The notes under the pieces were generated by a model, which had not been told where the DNA came from, ran no database searches, and was given only the letters and a program-made list of their open reading frames with translations. A stretch of DNA of 57,169 bases, taken from sequence record DRR723986_638. The stretch is one strand, 5' to 3'. Positions 38,033-47,325 of this stretch are shown piece by piece. Position 1 is the stretch's first letter. Each line of letters starts with the position of its first letter. Made by a program: the position numbers and the translations under genes.

Positions 38033-39053
38033 TGCAAACGCCAGTGGCGCGACGGCGGCGCCAGCAATTCCCGGCTGTGAAAAGGCTGCGTTGTTATTGC
38101 TAATGATGGGCGAGAACTACGCGGCCAAGGTGCTGCAACATATTTCGCCCGACGATGTCGAGCGTATCGGTTCGGCAATGGCAAATATCAAACGTGTTGA
38201 TAACCAGCGAGCGGTGGAGGTTGTTAAGGACTTTCACGAGAGCGCGGCGTCTGAAAATTCGCTCGCGGTTGGCGTTCAGTCCTATGTCCGCAAGATGTTC
38301 ACCAATGCCTTGGGTGAGCAAAAAGGCGGCAGTTTGGCCAAGCGCGTACTCGGCGACGAGGCTGGCAGTGAAATGGATGAACTGCGCTGGGTTGAGCCTG
38401 AAGCACTGATGCAAATGCTCAAAGACGAGCACCCGCAAATGATCGCCATTACCCTCGCTCATCTGGAGCAGGAGCAAGCAGGAAAAGTACTGGCGCAGTT
38501 TCCCGAGGCGGTGCAAAACGATGTGGTGTATCGCGTCGCGAATATGAAAACGATTCCCGATGCGGCGATGACCCAGCTGCAAAATGTATTGAAGAAAAAA
38601 CTGTCAGTGACGGCCAAATTAAAGAGCCGGGATATCGACGGCGCGGCGGCTGCGGCGGGCATTATCAACGGTTTGGACAGCGACGCCGAGACACGCATTC
38701 TCGATAGTGTTGCAAAAAATAACCAGGAGCTGTCGACCAAGATTCAAGACCTGATGTTTGTCTTTAGCAACCTGATTAACATCAGTGACAAGGGCATGCA
38801 GCAGTTACTTCGTGAAGTGTCTTCTGACCTGCTGCCAATTGCCTTAAAAGGCGCCTCAGAAGAGGTGCGCGAAAAAATTCTGCGCAATATGTCCAAGCGC
38901 GCACGAGAGATGTTAGTCGACGATATGGAAGCGCGTGGGCCAATAAAAATCAGCGAGGTTGAACAGGCGCAAAAAGAGATCCTCACGATTGCACGTAGCC
39001 TGGCCGATAGCGGCCAAATTGATTTGGGTCGCGGCGGTGATGACTACATTTAA
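38025..39053 (+). CDS. fliG: Motor switch protein
   Basis: KAALLL, EHPQ, MFVF and NMSKRA motifs. Confidence 0.96.
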   Translation: MANANASGATAAPAIPGCEKAALLLLMMGENYAAKVLQHISPDDVERIGSAMANIKRVDNQRAVEVVKDFHESAASENSLAVGVQSYVRKMFTNALGEQKGGSLAKRVLGDEAGSEMDELRWVEPEALMQMLKDEHPQMIAITLAHLEQEQAGKVLAQFPEAVQNDVVYRVANMKTIPDAAMTQLQNVLKKKLSVTAKLKSRDIDGAAAAAGIINGLDSDAETRILDSVAKNNQELSTKIQDLMFVFSNLINISDKGMQQLLREVSSDLLPIALKGASEEVREKILRNMSKRAREMLVDDMEARGPIKISEVEQAQKEILTIARSLADSGQIDLGRGGDDYI

Positions 39054-39077
39054 GCAGCGACAGGCTGAGGTGGAACG

Positions 39078-39767
39078 GTGACAGCGGGCTTCCAGCAATT
39101 TATTCCCAGAGACGTCGAGACGCCGGTGGCTGAGCCACCAGTCGACCAGACAACGCGACCAGCCAACAGTTGGCAGCTACCTGAAATGCGCGGTGGCGCC
39201 AGCAATCGTAGTCGGCCGGCCCCAGCGACTGACGCGCCAGCGGCGCTCGCCGATGAGGTCGTTGACGAGCTGGCCACGCTGCGTGAGCAAGCGCGACAGG
39301 AAGGCTTTGCCAAGGGTGAGGCCGAAGCGCGTACGCTGCTCGCTGAACAGAGCCAACAACTGCAGTTGGCAATGGCGGCGCTGCGCGAGGCGCAGGCCTG
39401 GCTAGAGGGCGAGGTGCAACAAGAGCTCATATTGCTGGCCCAGGAGTTGGCGCAGGCGCTGATTGTAAAAGAGATCGACGCTGATCCCGAGATTGTAACC
39501 CTGGCGGTAGAGCGTGCTGTTGCCATGCTGCCCTCGGCAGAGGGACATATTCAGCTGCAACTGCACCCCGCGGATGCGCAGCTGCTCAGGGACCACGCGG
39601 CCGTTGCCGAGCCACTCGCAGCTGCTTGGGACATTAGCGAAGATGCTGATATTCGCCGTGGCGGCTGCGTGATCAAAAGCCGAACCTCGCAGGTGGATCA
39701 GCGCACCGACAAGCGCTTGCAGGCCTTGCTTGAACAGGTACTCATTGATGAATCTGGTCAAAACTAA
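39078..39767 (+). CDS. fliH: Export ATPase regulator
   Basis: AxxxGxxxG repeats, LHPAD and RGGCVI; lies between fliG and fliI. Confidence 0.9.
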   Translation: MTAGFQQFIPRDVETPVAEPPVDQTTRPANSWQLPEMRGGASNRSRPAPATDAPAALADEVVDELATLREQARQEGFAKGEAEARTLLAEQSQQLQLAMAALREAQAWLEGEVQQELILLAQELAQALIVKEIDADPEIVTLAVERAVAMLPSAEGHIQLQLHPADAQLLRDHAAVAEPLAAAWDISEDADIRRGGCVIKSRTSQVDQRTDKRLQALLEQVLIDESGQN

Positions 39768-41145
39768 AGCCGAAACACAGCACGCTCTGGTCTCGCAACT
39801 GCGTGGCTTGCGTGAGCGCTTACATCACATTGAAAACACCGAACCCGCGGCTGAGGGTCAGTTGCGGCGTATTGTTGGCACTTTGCTAGAGGCCGAAGGC
39901 TGCAAGGCCGCTATCGGTGCCTATTGCGAGGTGGAGACCCTCGACGGCCAGTGGCTGGAAACCGAAGTGGTTGGCTTTGCCAGCGATCATCTGTTGCTAA
40001 TGCCCACCGGCGAACTCCGCGGGGTGATGCCCCATGCCCGGGTGAGGCCGATTCGTAAAAGCTCCAACATCGCCGTCGGTGATGGCCTGTTGGGCAGGGT
40101 GATCGACGGCGCCGGCGAACCGCTGGACGGTCGCGGCCCGCTGCGCTGCAAGCAGCAGCGCCCGCTAAATTCTCCCCCGATCAATCCACTGGTCAGACGC
40201 CCCATACACCAGCCCCTGGATGTCGGCGTGCGAGCGATAAACGCCATGCTTACCGTGGGGCAGGGGCAGCGACTGGGTCTGTTTGCCGGCAGTGGTGTGG
40301 GTAAGAGTGTGCTGCTGGGAATGATGACGCGTTACACCAATGCCGATGTAGTGGTGGTTGCCCTGATTGGTGAGCGCGGGCGCGAAGTGAAGGATTTTAT
40401 CGACAATATTCTCGGCGGCGATGAAATGCGCAAAGCCGTGGTGATCGCAACACCTGCCGACCACCCGCCGCTGATGCGTTTGCGGGCAGCGTGGCTGGCC
40501 AGCGCGGTGGCCGAACACTTTCGCGACCAGGGTAAGCAGGTGTTATTACTGATGGATTCGCTAACGCGCTTCGCGCAAGCTCAGAGGGAAATTGCCCTGG
40601 CGACCGGAGAGCCGCCGGCAACAAAGGGCTACCCGCCATCGGTGTTTGCTCGCTTGCCGGCCCTGGTAGAACGGGCCGGCAACGGTCGAGAGGGTGGTGG
40701 CTCCATCACGGCGTTTTATACCGTGTTGGCAGAAGGGGATGATCAAAACGACCCCATTGTCGATTCTGCCCGGGCAATTTTGGATGGACACATTGTGCTG
40801 TCTCGAAGTTTGGCGGATGCGGGGCATTTTCCCGCGATCGATGTAGAGCGTTCGGTGAGTCGCGCGATGAACGACATTACTGACAAGGCTCATCAGTCGA
40901 TGGTGCGTCAGCTGCGGCAGCTGATTTCGCTGTACCAGCAAAATCGCGACCTGATTAGCATAGGTGCCTACCAGCGTGGTACCGACAGTCGAGTCGATCA
41001 GGCAATAGCGCTGTGGCCACGCATACAGGCGTTTTTGCAGCAGGATTTTGATGAGTCAGAGGGCTTTGACCAATCCCTCGATAAACTCGCTGAAATTGTC
41101 ACCTTCAATGATGACAGCAATATGCAGGACACTATCGTTCAATAG
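39748..41145 (+). CDS. fliI: Flagellar export ATPase
   Basis: [31 protein letters not shown] and GYPPSVF motifs. Confidence 0.97.
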   Translation: MNLVKTKAETQHALVSQLRGLRERLHHIENTEPAAEGQLRRIVGTLLEAEGCKAAIGAYCEVETLDGQWLETEVVGFASDHLLLMPTGELRGVMPHARVRPIRKSSNIAVGDGLLGRVIDGAGEPLDGRGPLRCKQQRPLNSPPINPLVRRPIHQPLDVGVRAINAMLTVGQGQRLGLFAGSGVGKSVLLGMMTRYTNADVVVVALIGERGREVKDFIDNILGGDEMRKAVVIATPADHPPLMRLRAAWLASAVAEHFRDQGKQVLLLMDSLTRFAQAQREIALATGEPPATKGYPPSVFARLPALVERAGNGREGGGSITAFYTVLAEGDDQNDPIVDSARAILDGHIVLSRSLADAGHFPAIDVERSVSRAMNDITDKAHQSMVRQLRQLISLYQQNRDLISIGAYQRGTDSRVDQAIALWPRIQAFLQQDFDESEGFDQSLDKLAEIVTFNDDSNMQDTIVQ

Positions 41146-41176
41146 TGCACTGCGCCGGTAACCGGGGACGTTCGCT

Positions 41177-41626
41177 ATGAGTCATGCCAAGAAGTCACAA
41201 CGCCTCAAGCCCGTGCAGGAATTTGCCGAGCGCGAAGAGCAGGAAGTGGCGCAGCGTTATGCCGCGGTTCAACAGCAGCATCAGCAACAGCGAGATAAAT
41301 TGACCGAGCTGCAGCAGTACTATGACGATTACCGTCGCTCGACGGAAAGTCGTCACTGTGACCTTAAGCATCTCCAGGAAAGCCGCTTGTTTCTCTCCCG
41401 CCTGGCGCAGGCCATTCGTCAGCAGAGCGATACAGTGGCGCGCTGCGCCGCGCAGCTCGACGACATACGCCAACAATGGATGACCGCGCGCCAACACAGT
41501 ATGAGCATGGAGCAGCTGCTGGAGCGTTATAAGCGCGTCGAGCGTCGAGAACAGGATGCCCGCGAGCAGCGAGAGAGTGACGAGCTGTCATCGCAACGCT
41601 TCGTGTGGCGCCAGCGTCACGCCTAA
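41177..41626 (+). CDS. fliJ: Export chaperone
   Basis: Gln-rich coiled coil after fliI; FLSRL..AI.QQ and REQRESDE. Confidence 0.88.
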   Translation: MSHAKKSQRLKPVQEFAEREEQEVAQRYAAVQQQHQQQRDKLTELQQYYDDYRRSTESRHCDLKHLQESRLFLSRLAQAIRQQSDTVARCAAQLDDIRQQWMTARQHSMSMEQLLERYKRVERREQDAREQRESDELSSQRFVWRQRHA

Positions 41627-41749
41627 TCTGAACGGGCCAGTCAGCCTTACTATTATTCCCCTCTATCCTACCCCTTGCTCGGGCTTTGATACTCACGCCG
41701 GCCAATCGCTTTGCGGAGCCATTGTGCGCGGTATGCCGAAAGCCCGCAT

Positions 41750-41765
41750 TGGCACATCAATTGCT
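41750..41765 (+). promoter_or_regulatory. Sigma54 promoter of fliK
   Basis: TGGCACATCAATTGCT (GG-N10-GC). Confidence 0.75.
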
Positions 41766-41868
41766 GTAATCCACTCAGTGACGATAACTTGGCAGCCGCC
41801 ATTATCGCTGTGTCGACGCCATGCGGGACGTTTCCGCGCAGGGCTATCGGACAAAATGGGATGAAAAT

Positions 41869-43059
41869 ATGAATACTGTACAGGCCATTTTTGCATCACT
41901 TACCCCACCTGCTGCGGGAACATCGCCGGACCTGAAGGGCCTGCCTCTGGCCGATGGCGACGCCACGCCGCTAGCGGCTTTCAGCGATTTACTCGCCGCG
42001 CAGCAAACGCCTGACGCGCCGGTTGAGGGGATTAGTTTCGACCATTTGTCCGCTCAGGCGCTGGCGCGATTGGTGGGTGACGAGGCCGAGCTGCCGAGCC
42101 CTCAGGATGAATTAGTTCAGTCGTCTGATTTACTGAAGGCCGATGGTGGCGAGGGCGGCCAGCCCTTGCCGCTAATCGGTCAACCATTGCCGCAGAGCAG
42201 TACTGTGCTGCCGCCGCAGTTATCCTCTTTTGGCGCGGTGGCTGAAGCGATTCGCAGCCAGCGTCCTGTTGCGCAGAACATAGAGGCGCAAGTGGTCGAT
42301 GCAGCAAGTATCTCGCCCAGTACGCCGGTTAGTCCGTCGCCCGGTGCATTGCAGGCCAAGCCGCAAATACCCAGTGCTGCCGTAGCGGTGGACCCGGCTG
42401 CTCAACATGCTGCAGCGTCAATGGCGTCGGCGCCCATAGTGAATGCGCCGGTGACGCAGCGCATCGCCAGCGCGCCACCGGCCATTGAGGTCGCGAGTGT
42501 CGATGCGGGTGCCGACAGCTTGGAGTTTGCGGATCTGACGCGGCAGTTAACTATTCGACCAGCGCCGCCAGCTGATCGGGCGGCCGTTCAGTTCACCATT
42601 AGTCAAAACCCCATTGACGACCCCGCGTGGAGCCAAGCGGTGGCATCGCGCATACAGTGGATGGGCAGTACCGGAACGCAAACCGCACAACTGCAGCTGA
42701 ACCCGGAAGAGCTGGGAGGCATTCACGTGCAGTTGAGTATGCAGGGCGACAAGGCGTCGGTGCAGTTCCAAGCTCAGCACAGCGAAACCAGCGAGTTGAT
42801 CGAACGTTTGATGCCGCGGTTAAGCCAGGCAATGGAGCAACAGGGCATGCGCCTGGAAGAGGTCAAGGTGAGTCACCAATCCGCCTGGGCCGACGCACAG
42901 CAACAGCAGCAAAGTCAGCAGTTTTCTGACCGCGCTCAGCGCGGCGTGGTGCATTTCTCCGGCGATGCGGAGCCCGCTGGTGAGCCAGAGGCCAGCCGAG
43001 AAGACAGCGCATCTAAAGGAGCCCCAAGAGGGGATTCGGCGGTAGATGACTATGCATAA
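41869..43059 (+). CDS. fliK: Hook-length control protein
   Basis: Low-complexity Pro/Ala/Ser N-terminus; AQLQLNPEELGGIHV T3S4 domain; ends VDDYA. Confidence 0.9.
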   Translation: MNTVQAIFASLTPPAAGTSPDLKGLPLADGDATPLAAFSDLLAAQQTPDAPVEGISFDHLSAQALARLVGDEAELPSPQDELVQSSDLLKADGGEGGQPLPLIGQPLPQSSTVLPPQLSSFGAVAEAIRSQRPVAQNIEAQVVDAASISPSTPVSPSPGALQAKPQIPSAAVAVDPAAQHAAASMASAPIVNAPVTQRIASAPPAIEVASVDAGADSLEFADLTRQLTIRPAPPADRAAVQFTISQNPIDDPAWSQAVASRIQWMGSTGTQTAQLQLNPEELGGIHVQLSMQGDKASVQFQAQHSETSELIERLMPRLSQAMEQQGMRLEEVKVSHQSAWADAQQQQQSQQFSDRAQRGVVHFSGDAEPAGEPEASREDSASKGAPRGDSAVDDYA

Positions 43060-43130
43060 CTAACCCCAGCATAGCTAATACCGGTATAGCTAACCCCGGT
43101 ATAGTTGATTCCGACTTAGCTCTCCCCGGC
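43056..43130 (+). repeat. Five degenerate 15-bp tandem repeats (consensus ATAGCTAACCCCGGY)
   Basis: ATAACTAACCCCAGC / ATAGCTAATACCGGT / ATAGCTAACCCCGGT / ATAGTTGATTCCGAC / TTAGCTCTCCCCGGC. Confidence 0.75.
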
Positions 43131-43315
43131 GTAGTGAATGCTAGTGCTGGCGAATCTTCTCGCGCCTGTCGCCACCGCTGAGGTGTAGACAGGCGCCGAC
43201 CTGTCTGAACGCCTTCTCTTCACTTGCCGCCAATGGGCGGCCGCTGGTCTGCCAAATTCTTGGCGCGAGGGCCAAAAGCTTGCTTAACCTTATGAAATAA
43301 AAGCAAAAAAATATC

Positions 43316-43331
43316 TGGCATAGCCTTTGCA
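43316..43331 (+). promoter_or_regulatory. Sigma54 promoter of the fliL operon
   Basis: TGGCATAGCCTTTGCA (GG-N10-GC); IHF-like site at 43285-43297; palindromic box at 43251-43264. Confidence 0.82.
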
Positions 43332-43403
43332 ATTTTCTCTCTACGCGACATGTATTCGTTGGTTTTTTGGCACCTCACCGGTGAGAGAGAAGGGCAAAAC
43401 GCA

Positions 43404-43856
43404 ATGTTTAAAAACAAATTCGTATTGATTGGCTTGGTCGTTGTGCTGCTGGCGGCAACCGCAGGGGGAACGTGGTTTGTGATGCGCGGCACTAATGAAC
43501 CTGCTGCAGAGGCAGAAGCTGCAGCACCGGCCGTGAAGGCACCGATCATTCACAGCTTGTCACCTTCATTTGTGGTCAATCTCTTTAATGAGCGGTCTAC
43601 GCGCTTCTTGCAGGTAGACGTTGAGGTGATGAGCCGCGATGAAGAAGTGATCTCAAAACTTGAAGACTACGAAGTTCGCATTCGCCACGAACTCATCATG
43701 ATGTTCAGCAGTTTGACGAAGGAAATGATTAACAGCCTCGAAGGCCGCAAGGAAATACAGGCCATGACAGTGGCGACCATCAACAGTGTGCTCGAAGCGG
43801 AAACAGGCAAGGGCGGCATTGAAGATGTGTATTTCACCAAATTTGTGATGCAGTGA
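43404..43856 (+). CDS. fliL: Basal-body associated protein
   Basis: N-terminal TM; FVVNL...RFLQV; VYFTKFVMQ. Confidence 0.92.
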   Translation: MFKNKFVLIGLVVVLLAATAGGTWFVMRGTNEPAAEAEAAAPAVKAPIIHSLSPSFVVNLFNERSTRFLQVDVEVMSRDEEVISKLEDYEVRIRHELIMMFSSLTKEMINSLEGRKEIQAMTVATINSVLEAETGKGGIEDVYFTKFVMQ

Positions 43857-43866
43857 GGGCGCTGCC

Positions 43867-44820
43867 ATGAGCGGTGTACTGGACCCCGAAGAACTCGAAG
43901 CGCTGATGGACGAAGAGCCAAAGGCGAGCGACGACGGCAAATACAACCTCGCGCGACAGGATTACGCCGTTCAGCGCCTGATCCCCACCTTGTCGCTCAT
44001 TCAATCCCAATTTGGCAACGCGGCGGTTGAGCGTGTGCGAGAGTTTGTTAGCAGCGTTGAGAGCATTCGCACCGATCGCATTACGGTGATGAAATTCGAC
44101 GAGCTGCAAAACACGCTACCCGCGCCCTGCAGCATTTCATTGATCTCGGGTATGCCGCTGAGCAGCGACTTGTTGATTGCCTTTGAATCGGAGCTGGTCT
44201 TTAACCTGGTGGATCGCTATTTCGGCGGTCATGGCGGCGAAGCCGATGCCGCGCGGGAGCAGTTTTCCACATCTGAAATCAGCTTTATGGAAATTCTGGT
44301 CGGCGCATTGCTACCGGATATCGCGGTGGCGTGGAAGTCGGTGATGAAATCTGCCCCCGCCGTGTCCAGCCAGTGTACCGACCCACGCTTACTCGAAGGC
44401 TTTAACGAAGCGGATTCACTCGTCGCTACGCGATTTGAGGTTTCCATTGGCGAATTTACCGGCGGGCTGTGGTCGGTGGTGCCCTGGAGCGCCATTGATG
44501 CCGTACGCGACAGCCTGGCAGACAGCGGCGCATCCACAGGCAAGAAGCCCGCCAGTGAAGAGTGGCGCAGCCGTCTCTCGCAGCGGGTGGAGGAAGCGCC
44601 GGTTGAGCTGGTTGCCCAGCTTCCCAAAACGCAGCTGAGCCTCCAGCGTGTTGCAAACCTTAAGAAAGGCGATGTGATCCCGCTGGTCAGTGCAGAGGAT
44701 GTGCTGCTCTGCGTGGCCGGGCAGGCGCTATTGAAAGGGCATTTTGGCAGTCACCAAGGTCAACTGGCCGTGCAGATTACAGGTTCTGCCAGCGCCAAGA
44801 AACCGATGCAGGAAGGGTAG
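43867..44820 (+). CDS. fliM: Motor switch protein (divergent)
   Basis: LVDRYFGGHG, EQFSTSE and C-terminal SpoA domain (LKKGDVIPL); between fliL and fliN. Confidence 0.88.
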   Translation: MSGVLDPEELEALMDEEPKASDDGKYNLARQDYAVQRLIPTLSLIQSQFGNAAVERVREFVSSVESIRTDRITVMKFDELQNTLPAPCSISLISGMPLSSDLLIAFESELVFNLVDRYFGGHGGEADAAREQFSTSEISFMEILVGALLPDIAVAWKSVMKSAPAVSSQCTDPRLLEGFNEADSLVATRFEVSIGEFTGGLWSVVPWSAIDAVRDSLADSGASTGKKPASEEWRSRLSQRVEEAPVELVAQLPKTQLSLQRVANLKKGDVIPLVSAEDVLLCVAGQALLKGHFGSHQGQLAVQITGSASAKKPMQEG

Positions 44821-44829
44821 GAAAGGACT

Positions 44830-45099
44830 ATGGCAAACGATTTGAATCTGGACAAAATCCTCGACGTCAATGTGGATGTATCGGTGGAAGTCGGCCGGAC
44901 GCGCATGAGCATTCGGGATATCAAAGCGCTCAATCAAGGCGCGATTATCGAACTGGATCGGGCGGCCGGCACCCCCTTGGACGTGCTGGTAAATGGCACC
45001 TTGGTGGCGCGTGGTGAGATCGTCGTGGTCAAAGAGAAATTTGGCATCATGCTGACTGAGGTGCTCGGGCAGGATGATGAGGAGGAGGCTGCGTCATGA
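44830..45099 (+). CDS. fliN: Motor switch protein (short)
   Basis: ILDVNVDVSVEVGRT...IELDRAAG.PLDVLVNG..VARGEIVVV. Confidence 0.94.
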   Translation: MANDLNLDKILDVNVDVSVEVGRTRMSIRDIKALNQGAIIELDRAAGTPLDVLVNGTLVARGEIVVVKEKFGIMLTEVLGQDDEEEAAS

Positions 45100-45527
45100 T
45101 CCGCGCCCTCCTGCTTCCCGTCGCGCTCGTAACGCCGGTTTGGGCTGAGGAGACTCAGGCGCCAGCCGCGGTAAATTTGCCCATCGCCGGCGGTGAAGAC
45201 GTGATTGGGTTGCTGGGCAGCCTGATGCTGATGGCGGCCCTGCTAATAGCGGGGATGTGGTTTTTGCGCCGTTTGCGCGCCGCACAGGCGCCCAAGTTAA
45301 GTGGTATTGCTGTGGTGTCGCAAATCCCCCTTGGCGTAAAGGAAAAGCTGTTGGTTGTGCAGGTGGGCGATCAGAGTTTGCTGGTGGGATGTACGCCCTC
45401 GTCAATGCAAACCTTACACAGCTGGCCGACGGCGGAGCTGCCGGAAGCGGAGAAAAGCAAGGACTTCGCCGCGCTGCTCAAAGAAAAAGCGGGCCATCTT
45501 CGCGAGGGTTTCAGCCATGCGCCTTAA
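45096..45527 (+). CDS. fliO: Export apparatus protein
   Basis: TM followed by [19 protein letters not shown]. Confidence 0.88.
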   Translation: MIRALLLPVALVTPVWAEETQAPAAVNLPIAGGEDVIGLLGSLMLMAALLIAGMWFLRRLRAAQAPKLSGIAVVSQIPLGVKEKLLVVQVGDQSLLVGCTPSSMQTLHSWPTAELPEAEKSKDFAALLKEKAGHLREGFSHAP

Positions 45528-46263
45528 GCCCCTGTTACTCCTCCTTGCTCTGACAATCCCCTCGCTGGCCTTGGCGTCAGACCCCCTGTCTCTGTCGGCG
45601 GTGAATAGCACGCCCAATGCGGCAGGCGGGCAGGAGTACAGCGTGTCGCTGCAGTTGCTGGCGATAATGACGGCGCTGACCATGCTGCCGGCGCTATTGC
45701 TGGGAATGACGGCCTTTACTCGCATCATGATCGTGTTGTCGATTTTGCGTCAGGCGCTGGGCACCGGGCAAACGCCGTCGAATCAGGTGCTGTTAAGTCT
45801 CGCGCTGTTTCTTACCCTGTTCATTATGTATCCGGTGGGCGAAGTTGCCTATACCCAGGCGATCGGCCCCTACATCGCCGAAGAAATGCCGTTTCAGGAA
45901 GCGGTCACACAGGGCTTTGCGCCATTTCGCGAATTCATGCTCAGCCAGACTCGCGAAGATGACATCGCACGCTTTGCTGCGATTGCCGGCCACGAGGCGT
46001 ATCAACAGCCCGAAGATGTACCCTTCACCGTGTTGATGGCGGCGTTTTTAACCAGCGAGCTAAAAACGGCGTTTCAAATTGGCTTCCTGGTGTTCATTCC
46101 CTTCGTTGTTATCGACCTGGTTGTGGCCAGTGTGCTGATGTCGATGGGGATGATGATGTTGTCGCCGATGATGATTTCGCTGCCTTTCAAAATCATGTTG
46201 TTTGTCCTGGTCGATGGCTGGAGCCTGATTATGGGTTCGCTGGCAGCCAGTTTCTTCCGGTGA
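45517..46263 (+). CDS. fliP: Export gate protein
   Basis: [18 protein letters not shown] and [23 protein letters not shown] motifs. Confidence 0.97.
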   Translation: MRLKPLLLLLALTIPSLALASDPLSLSAVNSTPNAAGGQEYSVSLQLLAIMTALTMLPALLLGMTAFTRIMIVLSILRQALGTGQTPSNQVLLSLALFLTLFIMYPVGEVAYTQAIGPYIAEEMPFQEAVTQGFAPFREFMLSQTREDDIARFAAIAGHEAYQQPEDVPFTVLMAAFLTSELKTAFQIGFLVFIPFVVIDLVVASVLMSMGMMMLSPMMISLPFKIMLFVLVDGWSLIMGSLAASFFR

Positions 46264-46270
46264 GGTGCCT

Positions 46271-46540
46271 ATGAATCCCGATACGGTTATTGAATTGGGT
46301 CGCCAGAGCATGAATATCACCGTGCTGTTGGCGGCGCCATTGTTGCTGGCAGCCCTGGCGGCCGGCCTGTTGATCGGTATGTTTCAGGCGGCGACACAAA
46401 TTCAGGATATGACCCTGAGTTTTATCCCGAAGCTGGTGGTGCTGGTGGCGGTGTTGGGGATAACCGGCCCGTGGATGCTGCGGCACTTGCTCGATTACAC
46501 CCGCCAGCTGTTTGAAATGATCCCGGTCTTAGTGGGATGA
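46271..46540 (+). CDS. fliQ: Export gate protein
   Basis: FQAATQIQDMTLSFIPK. Confidence 0.96.
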   Translation: MNPDTVIELGRQSMNITVLLAAPLLLAALAAGLLIGMFQAATQIQDMTLSFIPKLVVLVAVLGITGPWMLRHLLDYTRQLFEMIPVLVG

Positions 46541-46547
46541 ACGCGCG

Positions 46548-47324
46548 ATGATTGCGGTCAATGAGGCGCAAATACTTTCGTGGATGGCCAGCCTGTGGCT
46601 GCCATTCGCGCGGGTGAGTGGCGTTATGCTCACCGCGCCGCTGTTTAGCGCTTCCTACATTCCCAATCGCGCCAAGGCACTGTTCTGCGTGGTGCTATGC
46701 ATGTTGCTGCTGCCGGTATTCCCGCCGATGCCAGCGATTAATATTCTCAGTATTGAAGGCATGCTGATACTGAGCAACGAGTTGCTGATTGGCCTGTGCA
46801 TTGGCTTTATTGTGCAGTTGGTTTTCGACGGCATTATTTTGGCCGGGCAATTGATCGCCAACGGCATGGGCCTGGGTTTTGCGATGATGGTCGACCCGCA
46901 ACGCGGAATCCAGGTGCCGGTGCTCTCCCAGTATTTGCTGATTATTTGCATGCTGCTGTTTGTGGCGCTGGAAGGTCACCTGGACCTGATCAGCTTGTTG
47001 GCACGCAGCTTTGAGATCTGGCCCGCAGGTGGTCGCCTGGTTTCGCCGGAGTCGCTAAGCGTTGTCTACCAGTGGGGCAGCGAGTTGTTTTCGGCGGCGG
47101 TGCGCGTGTCTATCCCTGCGGTTATCGCTCTGCTGGTTGTCCAGGTTGCCGTCGGCGTGATCAGCCGTGCAGCGCCGACCCTCAACTTGTTTGCCGTGGG
47201 TTTCCCGTTGGCCATGCTCATGGGCTACCTGATTGTCGATCAATTAATCCCGAATTTACTTCCGGTTCTCAGCCAGTTGCTCGATCGCGCGCTGGCCCAG
47301 CTGTCACTGTTTATAGGGGGCTGA
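46548..47324 (+). CDS. fliR: Export gate protein
   Basis: MGLGFA.MVDP, LEGH and RAAPTLNLFAVGFP motifs. Confidence 0.95.
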   Translation: MIAVNEAQILSWMASLWLPFARVSGVMLTAPLFSASYIPNRAKALFCVVLCMLLLPVFPPMPAINILSIEGMLILSNELLIGLCIGFIVQLVFDGIILAGQLIANGMGLGFAMMVDPQRGIQVPVLSQYLLIICMLLFVALEGHLDLISLLARSFEIWPAGGRLVSPESLSVVYQWGSELFSAAVRVSIPAVIALLVVQVAVGVISRAAPTLNLFAVGFPLAMLMGYLIVDQLIPNLLPVLSQLLDRALAQLSLFIGG

Positions 47325-47325
47325 C

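Noticed and set aside
43056-43130. CRISPR array
   Set aside because: Units are 15 bp, directly adjacent with no spacers, and there are no cas genes.
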